Below, piece by piece: positions 1-8,993 of a DNA stretch of 40,708 nucleotides. A program made the position numbers and the translations under genes. The stretch covers positions 1 to 40,708 of the forward strand of contig CAZPDU010000027.1 in the NCBI GenBank assembly GCA_964585405.1. Direction: 5' to 3'. The notes below the pieces were generated by a model. That model worked only from the letters and a program-made list of their open reading frames with translations, was not told the origin of the DNA and ran no database searches. Each line of letters opens with the position of its first letter. Within the stretch, counting starts at the first letter, position 1. The DNA comes from an uncultured Thermodesulfobacteriaceae bacterium. GTDB taxonomy: Bacteria > Desulfobacterota > Dissulfuribacteria > Dissulfuribacterales > UBA3076.

Positions 1-255
1 AAAAACGGCTGGGCCTTTGGCCGAGAGGAAAAAAACGGAAATCGAGATCAGGCGGACGCCGAGGCAATATATCGAATTTTGGAAGAAGAGATCATCCCCT
101 GTTACTATAATGTCTCGGATGAAGGTATACCGCATAAATGGGTCGAAGTTATGAAGGAGTGTATAAAAAGCAATGCCGCAAGGTTTTCGTCGCGACGGAT
201 GGTCAAAGAATATATGGAAAAATTTTATACCAAGGCCTTGGAAGAAATTCATTGA
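1..255 (+). CDS. alpha-glucan (glycogen/maltodextrin) phosphorylase family protein, C-terminal fragment; the 5' end lies outside the window
   Basis: Frame 1 is open from base 1 to TGA at 253-255. The tail KNGWAFGREE...EAIYRILEEEIIPCYY...RFSSRRMVKEYMEKFYTKALEEIH resembles the C-terminus of GT35 alpha-glucan phosphorylases. It sits directly upstream of the MalQ/TreY gene. Confidence 0.55.
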   Translation, partial: KNGWAFGREEKNGNRDQADAEAIYRILEEEIIPCYYNVSDEGIPHKWVEVMKECIKSNAARFSSRRMVKEYMEKFYTKALEEIH

Positions 256-278
256 ATATGTCCCTCTATTTTTAATTT

Positions 279-3200
279 ATGATCATGAACGAAAACGTGC
301 TTAATCAACTGGCTGAACTCTGTGGAATAGAGCCGGAATATCACGATATCTGGGGGAGAATTCATAAGGTCTCCAATAAGACCAAATCAGATCTGTTGAG
401 AGCCATGGGCCTGCCAATGGATGACGAAGCCTCTATAAGTTCTGCCCTGGCCGGGGAAAAGGCCGTTTTCTGGCAGCGCTTACTGGATCCTGTTCTGGTT
501 GTGAAGGAGAAGGAGTCTCCGTTCCTGGTCACTATCCGGCTCCCTGAAAAGGATACTGAGAATCGATTTGAATGGTTAATAAGGGAAGAGGGCGGTAATT
601 ATCACAAGGATACTTTTCTGCCTAAAGAGCTGGAAGTGAAAGGGTACGGCGAAACACAGGGGGAAACCTATATCCAGTGCATACTCTCCGTTCCGGTAAC
701 GCCTGGTCCGGGCTATCATCAACTGGAGATACGTCAGATCGATAACGGGAGCGAGTTGCCGAGGGTTATGCGACTCATAGTCGCTCCAGAGACTTGCTAC
801 ATGCCTTTTGGCCTTCAAGAGGGACGTGTCTGGGGACCCGCGGTACAACTCTATGCCCTCCGTTCCAGGCGTAACTGGGGGATAGGAGATTTGACGGACC
901 TTAAGACCCTTGTTTCCTGTTGCGCTGACATGGGTGCCGGTATTCTGGGTATTAATCCATTGCATGCTCTGTTTATCGAGGACCCTGAATATGCGAGTCC
1001 CTACAGCCCGTCGAGCAGGCTTTTTATAAATCTCCTTTATCTGGACATAGAGGCCATAGCAGATTTTCCGGAGTGCGACGAAGCACTGGATATGGTTAAG
1101 AATCCGGAATTTCAGGCCAGACTTGCCTCTTTCAGAGAAGGCGATCTGGTGGATTATAGTGAGGTGGCCGCAGCTAAACGCCCTGTTATGGAAGCACTTT
1201 ACAGGCATTTCCGCACGCACCATATGGGGCCAGAGGATGAAAGGTGTATGGCCTTCAGATCCTTTCAGGACCAGAGGGGTGAAGAGTTATACCGCTACGG
1301 ACTTTTTGAGGCCCTGGAAGAACATTTGTATCAAAAGACCCCTGGTATTCACGGCTGGCCAGGCTGGCCGGAAGACTACCGTAACCCTGATTCTCCTGCG
1401 GTCGCTGAATTTTCCGGGACACATCAGGAACGGATTGAATTTTTTCAATACCTTCAATGGCAAGCAGATCTGCAACTTGGTGCAGCAGGGCGTCAGTCTA
1501 TGGAACTTGGTCTTAAGGTGGGGCTCTATGAAGATCTGGCAGTCGGCGTTGATTCGGCAGGGCAAGAGACCTGGATGCATCAGAATCTATATGCCCTTGG
1601 CGTCCGCATTGGGGCCCCTCCTGACGATTTTAATCTCAACGGTCAGGACTGGGGGCTACCTCCCTTAATCCCGAACAGGCTTGTAGAGGAGGCGTATGCA
1701 CCATTTATAGCGACCCTCAGGGCCAATATGCGCTACGCAGGGGCACTAAGAATTGACCATGTGATGGGTCTCATGAGGCTCTTCTGGGTGCCGCCGGGGG
1801 GAAAACCGGCTGAAGGTGCTTATGTCAGTTATGCCTTTGATGACCTCCTGGGGATTCTGGCATTGGAAAGCCAGAGAAACAGGTGCCTCGTGATAGGTGA
1901 AGACCTAGGTACAGTGACGGATGATGTGCGTAGAGCACTTAAATCCATGAAGGTCCTGTCCTGCCGGCTCTTTTATTTCGAAAAGGAAGCAAATGGCAGA
2001 TTCAAGGCGCCTGATGATTATCCCGAACAGGCCCTGGTGGCTGTAAGCACCCACGATCTTCCCACTCTTTCAGGGTACTGGCGGGGATGGGATCTGGCGC
2101 TCAGAAACGAGCTGGGCCTGTTTCCGGAAGAATCTTTGCGGGAGGCCCAGATTGTGGGCAGGGCTCAGGATCGGGCTCGCCTCCTTATCGCCCTGGAACG
2201 TCAGGATATGCTTCCGAAAGGTATAGGAGTGGATCCGGCCTCAGTTCCAGAGATGACCACTGAGTTAGTGAATGCAGTTTATCTCTATCTGGCTCGTACA
2301 GTTTCCAAAATCTTGATGTTCCAGCTTGAAGATGTCTTTGCTCAACTGGAACAGGTCAATCTTCCCGGTACGATGGAGCAGTATCCAAACTGGCGCAGAA
2401 AGCTTCCTCTTGATCTTGAAGTCTTAATGGAAGATGAGCGCATTCAATCCCTTACCCGGATAATGCGGCAGGAAAGAGGGGGGGCACGGGCCTGGCCTGC
2501 TGCACCTCCAGAAAAAGGGCCGAGAATTGCGGGTGCGTGGATTCCCTCTGCGACTTACCGCCTTCAGTTCAACAGGGATTTTACATTTACTCAGGCAGCG
2601 GATCTTGTCCCTTATCTCAGACAACTGGGTATAAGCCATTGCTATTCCTCTCCTTATCTGAAGGCCCGTCCTGGCAGTCTTCATGGTTATGACATCATAG
2701 ACCACAGTGCACTCAATCCCGAGATTGGGACATGGGAAGACTTCGTTCATTTCATTGATACACTTCACTATCACGGAATGGGTCAGATTCTTGACCTGGT
2801 GCCCAATCATATGGGTGTTGGGTGCGATAACTACTGGTGGGTTGATGTCCTGGAAAACGGACAGGCTTCTCCTTATGCGGCCTTTTTTGATATCGACTGG
2901 TGGCCTGTCAAGGAGGAATTGCGGGGCAAGGTTCTTTTGCCGATACTGGAAGATCACTACGGCGCAGTGTTAGAGGCCGGTCTTCTCAGGCTGACCTTTG
3001 ATGACCAAAAAGGCGAATTCGGAATCTCTTATTACGATAACCTCTTTCCCATAGATCCGGCTACATATTCCTTTGTACTGGGTCATGGAACTGAGAGGCT
3101 GGAGGCCCGTCTGGAGGCTCAAGTCCAATGCTTTTCTGAATTTCAAAGTCTGGTTGCCGCCTTTGAAAACCTGCCCGGCAGTGAGGACAAGGAAAGAATA

Positions 3201-5465
3201 GAGGCCCGCCTTCGGGATAAGGAAGTCCATAAGCGACGGCTGGCAGGACTCTGCAAGGAATATTCGCAGATAAAAAGTTTCATTCAGGAAAATATTGTCT
3301 TGTTTAATGGCACAGAATCAGATGCCGCCAGTTTCCATCTTTTACACCGCCTGCTGGAAGCTCAGGCCTACCGGTTCGCCCACTGGCGAGTAGCCTCAGA
3401 TGAGATCAACTACCGCCGTTTCTTTGATATCAATGATCTTGCCGGACTCAAGACGGAAAATCCCAGAGTCTTTGAAGCAACCCACAGCTTTGTGCTGGAT
3501 CTTATAGACCAGGGTAAGATTGATGGACTGCGCATAGATCATCCTGATGGTCTTTATGATCCTGCTGAATACTACCGAAGGCTCAATGACGGAGTTCGAT
3601 GGCAAGTTATGGCGAGAGGCAAGAGAGAAAGCGGGCCGGATTCCAATAATAGTGCTACGGCTCCGGATCTCATATACCTGGTGGTGGAGAAGATTCTTGC
3701 CAACTATGAAAGGCTTCGAGGGGACTGGCAGGTACACGGAACGACAGGATACGATTTCGCCAATCTGGTGGGCGGTCTCTTTGTGAATACTCAAACGGAA
3801 AAGGAGATGTACAGGATCTATACGGAGTTCCTGGGCAATAGACTTGATTTTGAGGAATTGCTTTACCAGCGCAAAAAACTCATCATGAAAGTAGCCCTTG
3901 CCAGTGAATTAAATGTTCTTGCCAGTGAACTCAATCGCATCTCCGAATCAGACTGCCACACCAGAGATTTTACATTGAATAGTTTGAGGGATGCGCTTTC
4001 AGAAGTGGTGGCATGTTTTCCGGTGTACCGTACTTATGTCACCAGGGAGCGGATTACTTCGGAGGATCGCCGTTACGTGGATTGGGCCATAGCTCAGGCC
4101 CGAAAAAGGAGCCGGGCAGCTGACACGAATATATATGATTTTATCAGAGATGTCCTTCTCATGGATATAAGTGAGGACAAGAGCCATGAGTATAGAAAGG
4201 CTGTAAATGACTTCACTATGAAGTTCCAGCAATATTCCGGTCCTGTAATGGCCAAGGGTCTTGAAGACACCGCCTTTTACACCTACAATCTTTTAATATC
4301 ACTCAATGAAGTGGGCGGGGAGCCCCGCCGTTTTGGAGTTTCCGTCTCTGCCTTTCACCACCTGAATCAGGAGAGGGCGGCAAGCTGGCCTCATTCCATG
4401 CTGAATACGTCAACCCATGACAGTAAGAGGAGCGAAGACGTCCGGGCCAGGATAAGCGTACTATCTGAAATTCCAGACGAGTGGGAGGCAGCTGTAACCA
4501 AATGGGGTCTGCTCAGCCGCTTGAGCAAGCCAGCCTCTGACAGGGGAACAACCCGGTTCGCGAACGACGAGTATGCCCTGTACCAGACTCTGATCGGTGC
4601 TTGGCCTCTGGGGCAGCTTGATCAAAAAGGTTTTGCCTCTTTCCGCAGTCGCATTGAGCAATATATGATCAAGGCAGTAAGAGAGGCAAAGATCCTCAGC
4701 AGCTGGATCAATCCCGATCTTGAATATGAAGGTGCACTTCTCAAGTTCCTCCAGGGGCTTATAACCAGCGAGGGCGATAACCAGTTTCTCAAGGAGTTCC
4801 TTCCGTTTCAGCAGCGAGTTGTCTGGTTCGGCATGTTAAACAGCCTATCTCAGACCTTGCTTAAATTAACCGTTCCCGGAGTTCCAGACATATATCAGGG
4901 TAATGAGGTTTGGTCGTTCAGACTAGTGGATCCGGACAATAGAAGTCCGGTAGATTTTGGCCGCACAAGGGAGATTTTTCGAGATCTTGCCGCCTTTCTG
5001 TCCGTGCCGGACGAGCTGTTGCCAGGACGCGTGCGGGAACTTATGGAAGAAATGGAGGACGGAAGGATCAAGCTGTATCTTACCTGGAGGACCCTGTCTC
5101 TGCGGTGGGAGCATCAGGGGCTGTTTCAATACGGCACATATCTGCCTTTGTCTGTTAATGGTACAAAGGCAGAACACATATGCGCTTTTGCAAGAAGATT
5201 CAAAGACAGCACAGCTATCGTGGCAGTTCCAAGGCTCTATGTCGGACTTTGCGGTTTTTATCCGAAAGCGAAGCCTTTAGGTTCCGGAATATGGTCAGAC
5301 ACTGGGGTGAACGCCGCTTCTGAGCAATTTGATCAAAGGGCTTATCGAAATATCTTTACAGGAGAATGTATGGTTCCGGAAATGCACAGCGGCAACCTCT
5401 GTTTTCCAGCGGCACAACTGTTTTCCAATTTTCCTGTAGCCTTGTTAACCGATGCCCCGGCTTAG
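279..5465 (+). CDS. fusion protein: 4-alpha-glucanotransferase (amylomaltase, GH77, MalQ-like) joined to malto-oligosyltrehalose synthase (GH13, TreY-like)
   Basis: One uninterrupted 1728-codon ORF. The N-terminal ~735 aa carry GH77 motifs (INPLHAL, YSPSSRLF, LRIDHVMGL, IGEDLGTV, STHDLPT). A Pro/Ala-rich linker follows (~aa 736-752, about nt 2484-2534). The C-terminal ~975 aa carry TreY motifs (YRLQFN..FTF, HGYDIIDH, DLVPNH, GLRIDHPDGL, VVEKIL, STHDSKRSEDVR). Confidence 0.9.
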   Translation: MIMNENVLNQLAELCGIEPEYHDIWGRIHKVSNKTKSDLLRAMGLPMDDEASISSALAGEKAVFWQRLLDPVLVVKEKESPFLVTIRLPEKDTENRFEWLIREEGGNYHKDTFLPKELEVKGYGETQGETYIQCILSVPVTPGPGYHQLEIRQIDNGSELPRVMRLIVAPETCYMPFGLQEGRVWGPAVQLYALRSRRNWGIGDLTDLKTLVSCCADMGAGILGINPLHALFIEDPEYASPYSPSSRLFINLLYLDIEAIADFPECDEALDMVKNPEFQARLASFREGDLVDYSEVAAAKRPVMEALYRHFRTHHMGPEDERCMAFRSFQDQRGEELYRYGLFEALEEHLYQKTPGIHGWPGWPEDYRNPDSPAVAEFSGTHQERIEFFQYLQWQADLQLGAAGRQSMELGLKVGLYEDLAVGVDSAGQETWMHQNLYALGVRIGAPPDDFNLNGQDWGLPPLIPNRLVEEAYAPFIATLRANMRYAGALRIDHVMGLMRLFWVPPGGKPAEGAYVSYAFDDLLGILALESQRNRCLVIGEDLGTVTDDVRRALKSMKVLSCRLFYFEKEANGRFKAPDDYPEQALVAVSTHDLPTLSGYWRGWDLALRNELGLFPEESLREAQIVGRAQDRARLLIALERQDMLPKGIGVDPASVPEMTTELVNAVYLYLARTVSKILMFQLEDVFAQLEQVNLPGTMEQYPNWRRKLPLDLEVLMEDERIQSLTRIMRQERGGARAWPAAPPEKGPRIAGAWIPSATYRLQFNRDFTFTQAADLVPYLRQLGISHCYSSPYLKARPGSLHGYDIIDHSALNPEIGTWEDFVHFIDTLHYHGMGQILDLVPNHMGVGCDNYWWVDVLENGQASPYAAFFDIDWWPVKEELRGKVLLPILEDHYGAVLEAGLLRLTFDDQKGEFGISYYDNLFPIDPATYSFVLGHGTERLEARLEAQVQCFSEFQSLVAAFENLPGSEDKERIEARLRDKEVHKRRLAGLCKEYSQIKSFIQENIVLFNGTESDAASFHLLHRLLEAQAYRFAHWRVASDEINYRRFFDINDLAGLKTENPRVFEATHSFVLDLIDQGKIDGLRIDHPDGLYDPAEYYRRLNDGVRWQVMARGKRESGPDSNNSATAPDLIYLVVEKILANYERLRGDWQVHGTTGYDFANLVGGLFVNTQTEKEMYRIYTEFLGNRLDFEELLYQRKKLIMKVALASELNVLASELNRISESDCHTRDFTLNSLRDALSEVVACFPVYRTYVTRERITSEDRRYVDWAIAQARKRSRAADTNIYDFIRDVLLMDISEDKSHEYRKAVNDFTMKFQQYSGPVMAKGLEDTAFYTYNLLISLNEVGGEPRRFGVSVSAFHHLNQERAASWPHSMLNTSTHDSKRSEDVRARISVLSEIPDEWEAAVTKWGLLSRLSKPASDRGTTRFANDEYALYQTLIGAWPLGQLDQKGFASFRSRIEQYMIKAVREAKILSSWINPDLEYEGALLKFLQGLITSEGDNQFLKEFLPFQQRVVWFGMLNSLSQTLLKLTVPGVPDIYQGNEVWSFRLVDPDNRSPVDFGRTREIFRDLAAFLSVPDELLPGRVRELMEEMEDGRIKLYLTWRTLSLRWEHQGLFQYGTYLPLSVNGTKAEHICAFARRFKDSTAIVAVPRLYVGLCGFYPKAKPLGSGIWSDTGVNAASEQFDQRAYRNIFTGECMVPEMHSGNLCFPAAQLFSNFPVALLTDAPA

Positions 5466-5816
5466 GATCAACCGCATCCGATCCTATGGCATTTAAAGCC
5501 GATATCTGATTGGAAACGAAATGTCTATGTTCAGATTCTTGTCAGTAACAAAAAAGTTTGAAAAATCAGGTTATTATCTCCGATAATTTATAATTTTTCA
5601 GATTCTGACCGAAGGCCAGGCAAGAATGAATTCTGCAACTGGTAAAAATAATTATTGATACCTTTCTCGTAATAAAGTAAAAGGCCGAGGATTCATTTTA
5701 GAATTCGATCTATCTCATAATTTTTCAACACAAAAATTAAGAGGAGTGGAGCTTTTTCGAATTTTTCCCAATTGACCCGAAACCGAAACAGTTTTTTTTA
5801 GGAGGATTTATGGAAA

Positions 5817-6206
5817 ATGAAGAGCCAGATATACGGATACGGTCCGCATTTAATGCTCGATTTGAGTGATTGTAATTCGACAATACTGAACGACCTTGAT
5901 GCCTGTTTCAGACTACTGAACGAGTTGCCCGAAAGGATAGGGATGACAAAAATAACACAGCCTTATGTGTTTCGATACTGCGGGGTGGTACCTGAAGACG
6001 AGGGTATTACCGGGGTGACCATAATAGCCGAGAGTCATATATCCCTTCATACTTATCCGAAAAAGAAGTTCGTATTTGTGGACATCTTTTCCTGTAAACC
6101 ATTCGATGTGGAAAGGGCCAAAGACCATGTTATCCAGTTTTTCCAGTCAAAATCTCCATCTGTTCATATAAAGGAAAGGGGGGCGGCCTTTCCCTCGGTT
6201 GTGTGA
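5817..6206 (+). CDS. class-1 S-adenosylmethionine-decarboxylase-fold pyruvoyl proenzyme (SpeH-like); the substrate may be arginine rather than AdoMet
   Basis: 129 aa with the self-processing signature IIAESHISLHTYP. The expected Glu72/Ser73 cleavage puts the Ser codon at 6033-6035. Size and N-terminus (GPHLMLDLSDC) are typical of small bacterial/archaeal AdoMetDC. AGGAGG lies at 5800-5805. Confidence 0.8.
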   Translation: MKSQIYGYGPHLMLDLSDCNSTILNDLDACFRLLNELPERIGMTKITQPYVFRYCGVVPEDEGITGVTIIAESHISLHTYPKKKFVFVDIFSCKPFDVERAKDHVIQFFQSKSPSVHIKERGAAFPSVV

Positions 6207-6233
6207 TTTTGGGTTGCCAGAGGGGATCCCTTA

Positions 6234-7106
6234 ATGGATATTAAGGTCGAACCCGGCGCTTACGGTGCACTTCCTGAAGCGTACTGCCGTTACAGTACAG
6301 CATCCATTGCAATTCTTCCCGTACCTTATGACGGGACATCAACATGGATGAAGGGTGCAGACCGCGGTCCGCGGGCCTTGCTGGAGGCATCTGCCAATCT
6401 GGAACTATACGACATTGAAACCGATTCCGAGGTTTTTAAACACGGGATTGTGACACTGGAACCCGTCCTGTGTCCTGAGGAGCCGGGGGCAATGGTTTCT
6501 GCAGCATATGAACGTGCAAGGCATATTTTAGAGGAAGGGAAATTCATTGTCGGCATCGGTGGAGAACATACGGTCTCTGTTGGTTTAGTGCAGGCCGCGG
6601 CGAATAGATTTCACGATCTCTCCGTGCTCCAATTCGATGCCCACGCGGATACCCGGAATGAGTATAAGGGAAGCAGGTACAATCACGCCTGTGTCATGTC
6701 AAGGATAGGTGAGATCTGCCCATATGTTCAGGCAGGGATTCGAAGCATGGATATATCCGAGCTGAAAACACTGAATCGTGACCGGACGTTTTTTTCTCAT
6801 GAGATACTCAGGGGGCCGGATGTGACGTCCAGAGCAATTAAGGCATTGACAGAAAACGTATATATAACAATTGATCTGGACGTACTGGACCCTTCCATTA
6901 TGCCATCTACCGGTACTCCTGAACCTGGAGGATTGGACTGGTACACTTTGCTTTATTTCATAGAATCAGTGGTAAGGGAAAAAAACGTAATTGGAATAGA
7001 TACAACCGAGTTGCTTCCCAATCCTGACAACAGAGCACCGGATTTTTTGGCCGCGAAATTGATCTACAGGATATTGAGCATGATCTTCTTAAAGAGGGAT
7101 AAATAG
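6234..7106 (+). CDS. speB: agmatinase (ureohydrolase/arginase family)
   Basis: 290 aa with the ureohydrolase metal-binding motifs GGEHTVS, QFDAHADT and TIDLDVLDPS. The N-terminal segment is agmatinase-like. SD-like AGAGGGGA lies upstream of the ATG. Confidence 0.85.
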   Translation: MDIKVEPGAYGALPEAYCRYSTASIAILPVPYDGTSTWMKGADRGPRALLEASANLELYDIETDSEVFKHGIVTLEPVLCPEEPGAMVSAAYERARHILEEGKFIVGIGGEHTVSVGLVQAAANRFHDLSVLQFDAHADTRNEYKGSRYNHACVMSRIGEICPYVQAGIRSMDISELKTLNRDRTFFSHEILRGPDVTSRAIKALTENVYITIDLDVLDPSIMPSTGTPEPGGLDWYTLLYFIESVVREKNVIGIDTTELLPNPDNRAPDFLAAKLIYRILSMIFLKRDK

Positions 7107-8131
7107 TGATGGAGAAAAAGGATTTCTTGCGCAAACCGATTGAGCATATAGACATCAAGACCTTTGATGCCAGAGCCGTCATAGATGGTTATGCCTCCAT
7201 GGCCTTCCAGGCCCGGAATCTCGCAGTAGCATCGAATATTTATAACCGGATGCTGGCAGACCGCGATTGCAAGATCATTCTTACGCTTGCTGGTTCTCTA
7301 TTCAGTGCTGGTCTGAAGCATGTTGTGGTGGATATGATTGACAACAACATGGTGGATGCCATCGTTTCCACGGGCGCCATCATTGTGGATCAGGATTTTT
7401 TTGAGGCCCTGGGTTTCAGACATTATATGGGCACCCAATTCGTTGACGATGCTTTGTTGCGTGAACTTGGCATTGACAGGATTTACGACACATTTATCGA
7501 CGAAGATGAACTGAGGATCTGTGACATGACTATAGAGGAAATCGCCGGCACCTTGTCTCCGAGGCCCTATTCCTCCAGAGAAATCATTCATGTCATGGGG
7601 GCCTATCTGGAAGAGAAAGGGTTAAAGGTTGAAAGGTCGGTTGTTTACTCTGCCTATAAAAAGGGAGTGCCGATTTTCGTGCCTGCATTTTCAGATTGCT
7701 CGGCTGGTTTTGGATTGATTTACCATCAATGGCACAAAAAAGATGCGCACGTCACTGTTGATTCTGTTCGGGATTTTCGTGAACTCACAGAGATTAAAAT
7801 GGCCGTAAAAGACACGGGCATTATTATGATAGGCGGCGGTGTACCCAAAAATTTCACCCAGGATGTCGTGGTAGCCACAGATATACTGGGCAGGGAAAGG
7901 CCTATGCATAAATATGCTATTCAGCTCACCGTAGCCGATGAACGGGACGGCGGACTATCGGGGTCCACTCTGAAGGAAGCCTGCTCCTGGGGCAAAGTGG
8001 ACATGAAATATGAACAGATGGTATTGGGTGAGGCCACAATTACGCTGCCTTTGCTTATGAGTGATGCCTACCACCGGGGTGTTTGGAAGAAAAGGGCACC
8101 GGGGAATCTTTCGGCGCTCTTCAATTTATGA
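7106..8131 (+). CDS. deoxyhypusine synthase family protein (bacterial DHS-like; possible homospermidine-synthase-type enzyme)
   Basis: 341 aa with DHS-family motifs (TLAGSLFSAGL, STGA, GGGVPKNF). The catalytic-lysine context DGGLSGSTLKEACSWGK is present. The start (GTG 7106 or ATG 7109) overlaps or abuts the speB stop at 7104-7106, which suggests translational coupling. Confidence 0.8.
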   Translation: MMEKKDFLRKPIEHIDIKTFDARAVIDGYASMAFQARNLAVASNIYNRMLADRDCKIILTLAGSLFSAGLKHVVVDMIDNNMVDAIVSTGAIIVDQDFFEALGFRHYMGTQFVDDALLRELGIDRIYDTFIDEDELRICDMTIEEIAGTLSPRPYSSREIIHVMGAYLEEKGLKVERSVVYSAYKKGVPIFVPAFSDCSAGFGLIYHQWHKKDAHVTVDSVRDFRELTEIKMAVKDTGIIMIGGGVPKNFTQDVVVATDILGRERPMHKYAIQLTVADERDGGLSGSTLKEACSWGKVDMKYEQMVLGEATITLPLLMSDAYHRGVWKKRAPGNLSALFNL

Positions 8132-8157
8132 AAAGCACCGACTAAGCTAACCATATG

Positions 8158-8224
8158 GAAGCTGATGCTCTAAGATCTGAAAATCCCTGCAGAGGAGATC
8201 ATGAAATTTCAGTATCAGCTTTTC
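8158..8224. terminator. long imperfect hairpin between convergent genes; possible bidirectional terminator
   Basis: AAGCTGAT (8159-8166) pairs with ATCAGCTT (8214-8221). An inner CTGAAA (8177-8182) pairs with TTTCAG (8207-8212). TTTC follows. It lies between the DHS-like stop (8131) and the GAF-ANTAR stop (8280). Confidence 0.35.
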
Positions 8225-8279
8225 AATAAGTTCGAAAAATAAATAAGAGATTATCTTTTTGCCAGCATTATTGCATATT

Positions 8280-8993
8280 TTATTTTAATTCTTCTGCAAG
8301 CAGAACTGCCTCTGCTACCTGGCGCATTGATTTACGGGAGTCCATACTACGTTTTTGAATCCAGCGAAAGGCCTCATCCACTTCCATTTTCTGTCTGCGT
8401 ATAAGGACCTCTTTGGCACGCTCCACCAGTTTGCGCGTCTCCAGCTCCTCACTGATCACCTTGGTTTTTACCATGAGTTCGGTGTTGAGGATTGCGACTG
8501 CCGCCTGATTTGCAACCGTTGTAATGAGATAAACTTCAGTATCAGTAAATTCGTGAGGTTCTGAGGTAAAACAGTTCAGTACACCTATTACCTTCTCATC
8601 CTTTACTTGAAGCGGCACGCTGACCATAGATATCAGGCCGAGCTTTTTGGCCATTTCCTTTTCCTTGAACCGAGGCTCTTTTGACACATCCCTGATGATA
8701 AGTGGCTGATTGTGTGTGGCCACAAAGCCGACCACTCCCTCATCCAGAGATAGAGAACGGTCCTTCAGATAGTCAGAGGCTATGGCCTGCGTGGCCTTCA
8801 GCCGGATCTTTCTGGGATTTGCGGTTTCATCAATAAGCCATAATGAACAGATCTCAACACCTGTTACCTTGGCCGTTACCATTACGATGAGTTTCAGAAT
8901 ATCTTCAAGATACTGATCGGAAGTGATGGCCTGGCTTATATCCATCAGGGCCCTCATGTATTTTTCGTAGGTTTCTGGTCTGTTTTCTTCCAT
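8280..8993 (-). CDS. GAF domain plus ANTAR domain RNA-binding antitermination regulator
   Basis: 237 aa. The N-terminal ~150 aa are GAF-like (DISQAITS...ILKLIV...CSLWL...). The C-terminal ~55 aa match the ANTAR pattern (ETRKLVERAKEVLIRRQKMEVDEAFRWIQKRSMDSRKSMRQVAEAVL). Confidence 0.8.
   Translation of the reverse strand: MEENRPETYEKYMRALMDISQAITSDQYLEDILKLIVMVTAKVTGVEICSLWLIDETANPRKIRLKATQAIASDYLKDRSLSLDEGVVGFVATHNQPLIIRDVSKEPRFKEKEMAKKLGLISMVSVPLQVKDEKVIGVLNCFTSEPHEFTDTEVYLITTVANQAAVAILNTELMVKTKVISEELETRKLVERAKEVLIRRQKMEVDEAFRWIQKRSMDSRKSMRQVAEAVLLAEELK

Noticed and set aside
576-5280. Numerous track ORFs inside or antisense to the MalQ-TreY gene (for example 576-1223 minus, 1123-1668 plus, 2424-2957 minus, 3396-3794 minus, 4957-5280 plus).
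   Set aside because: All are fully embedded in a 1728-codon ORF with strong family motifs throughout. Their translations are low-complexity or Cys/Arg/Pro-rich and show no family resemblance, so they are shadow ORFs.
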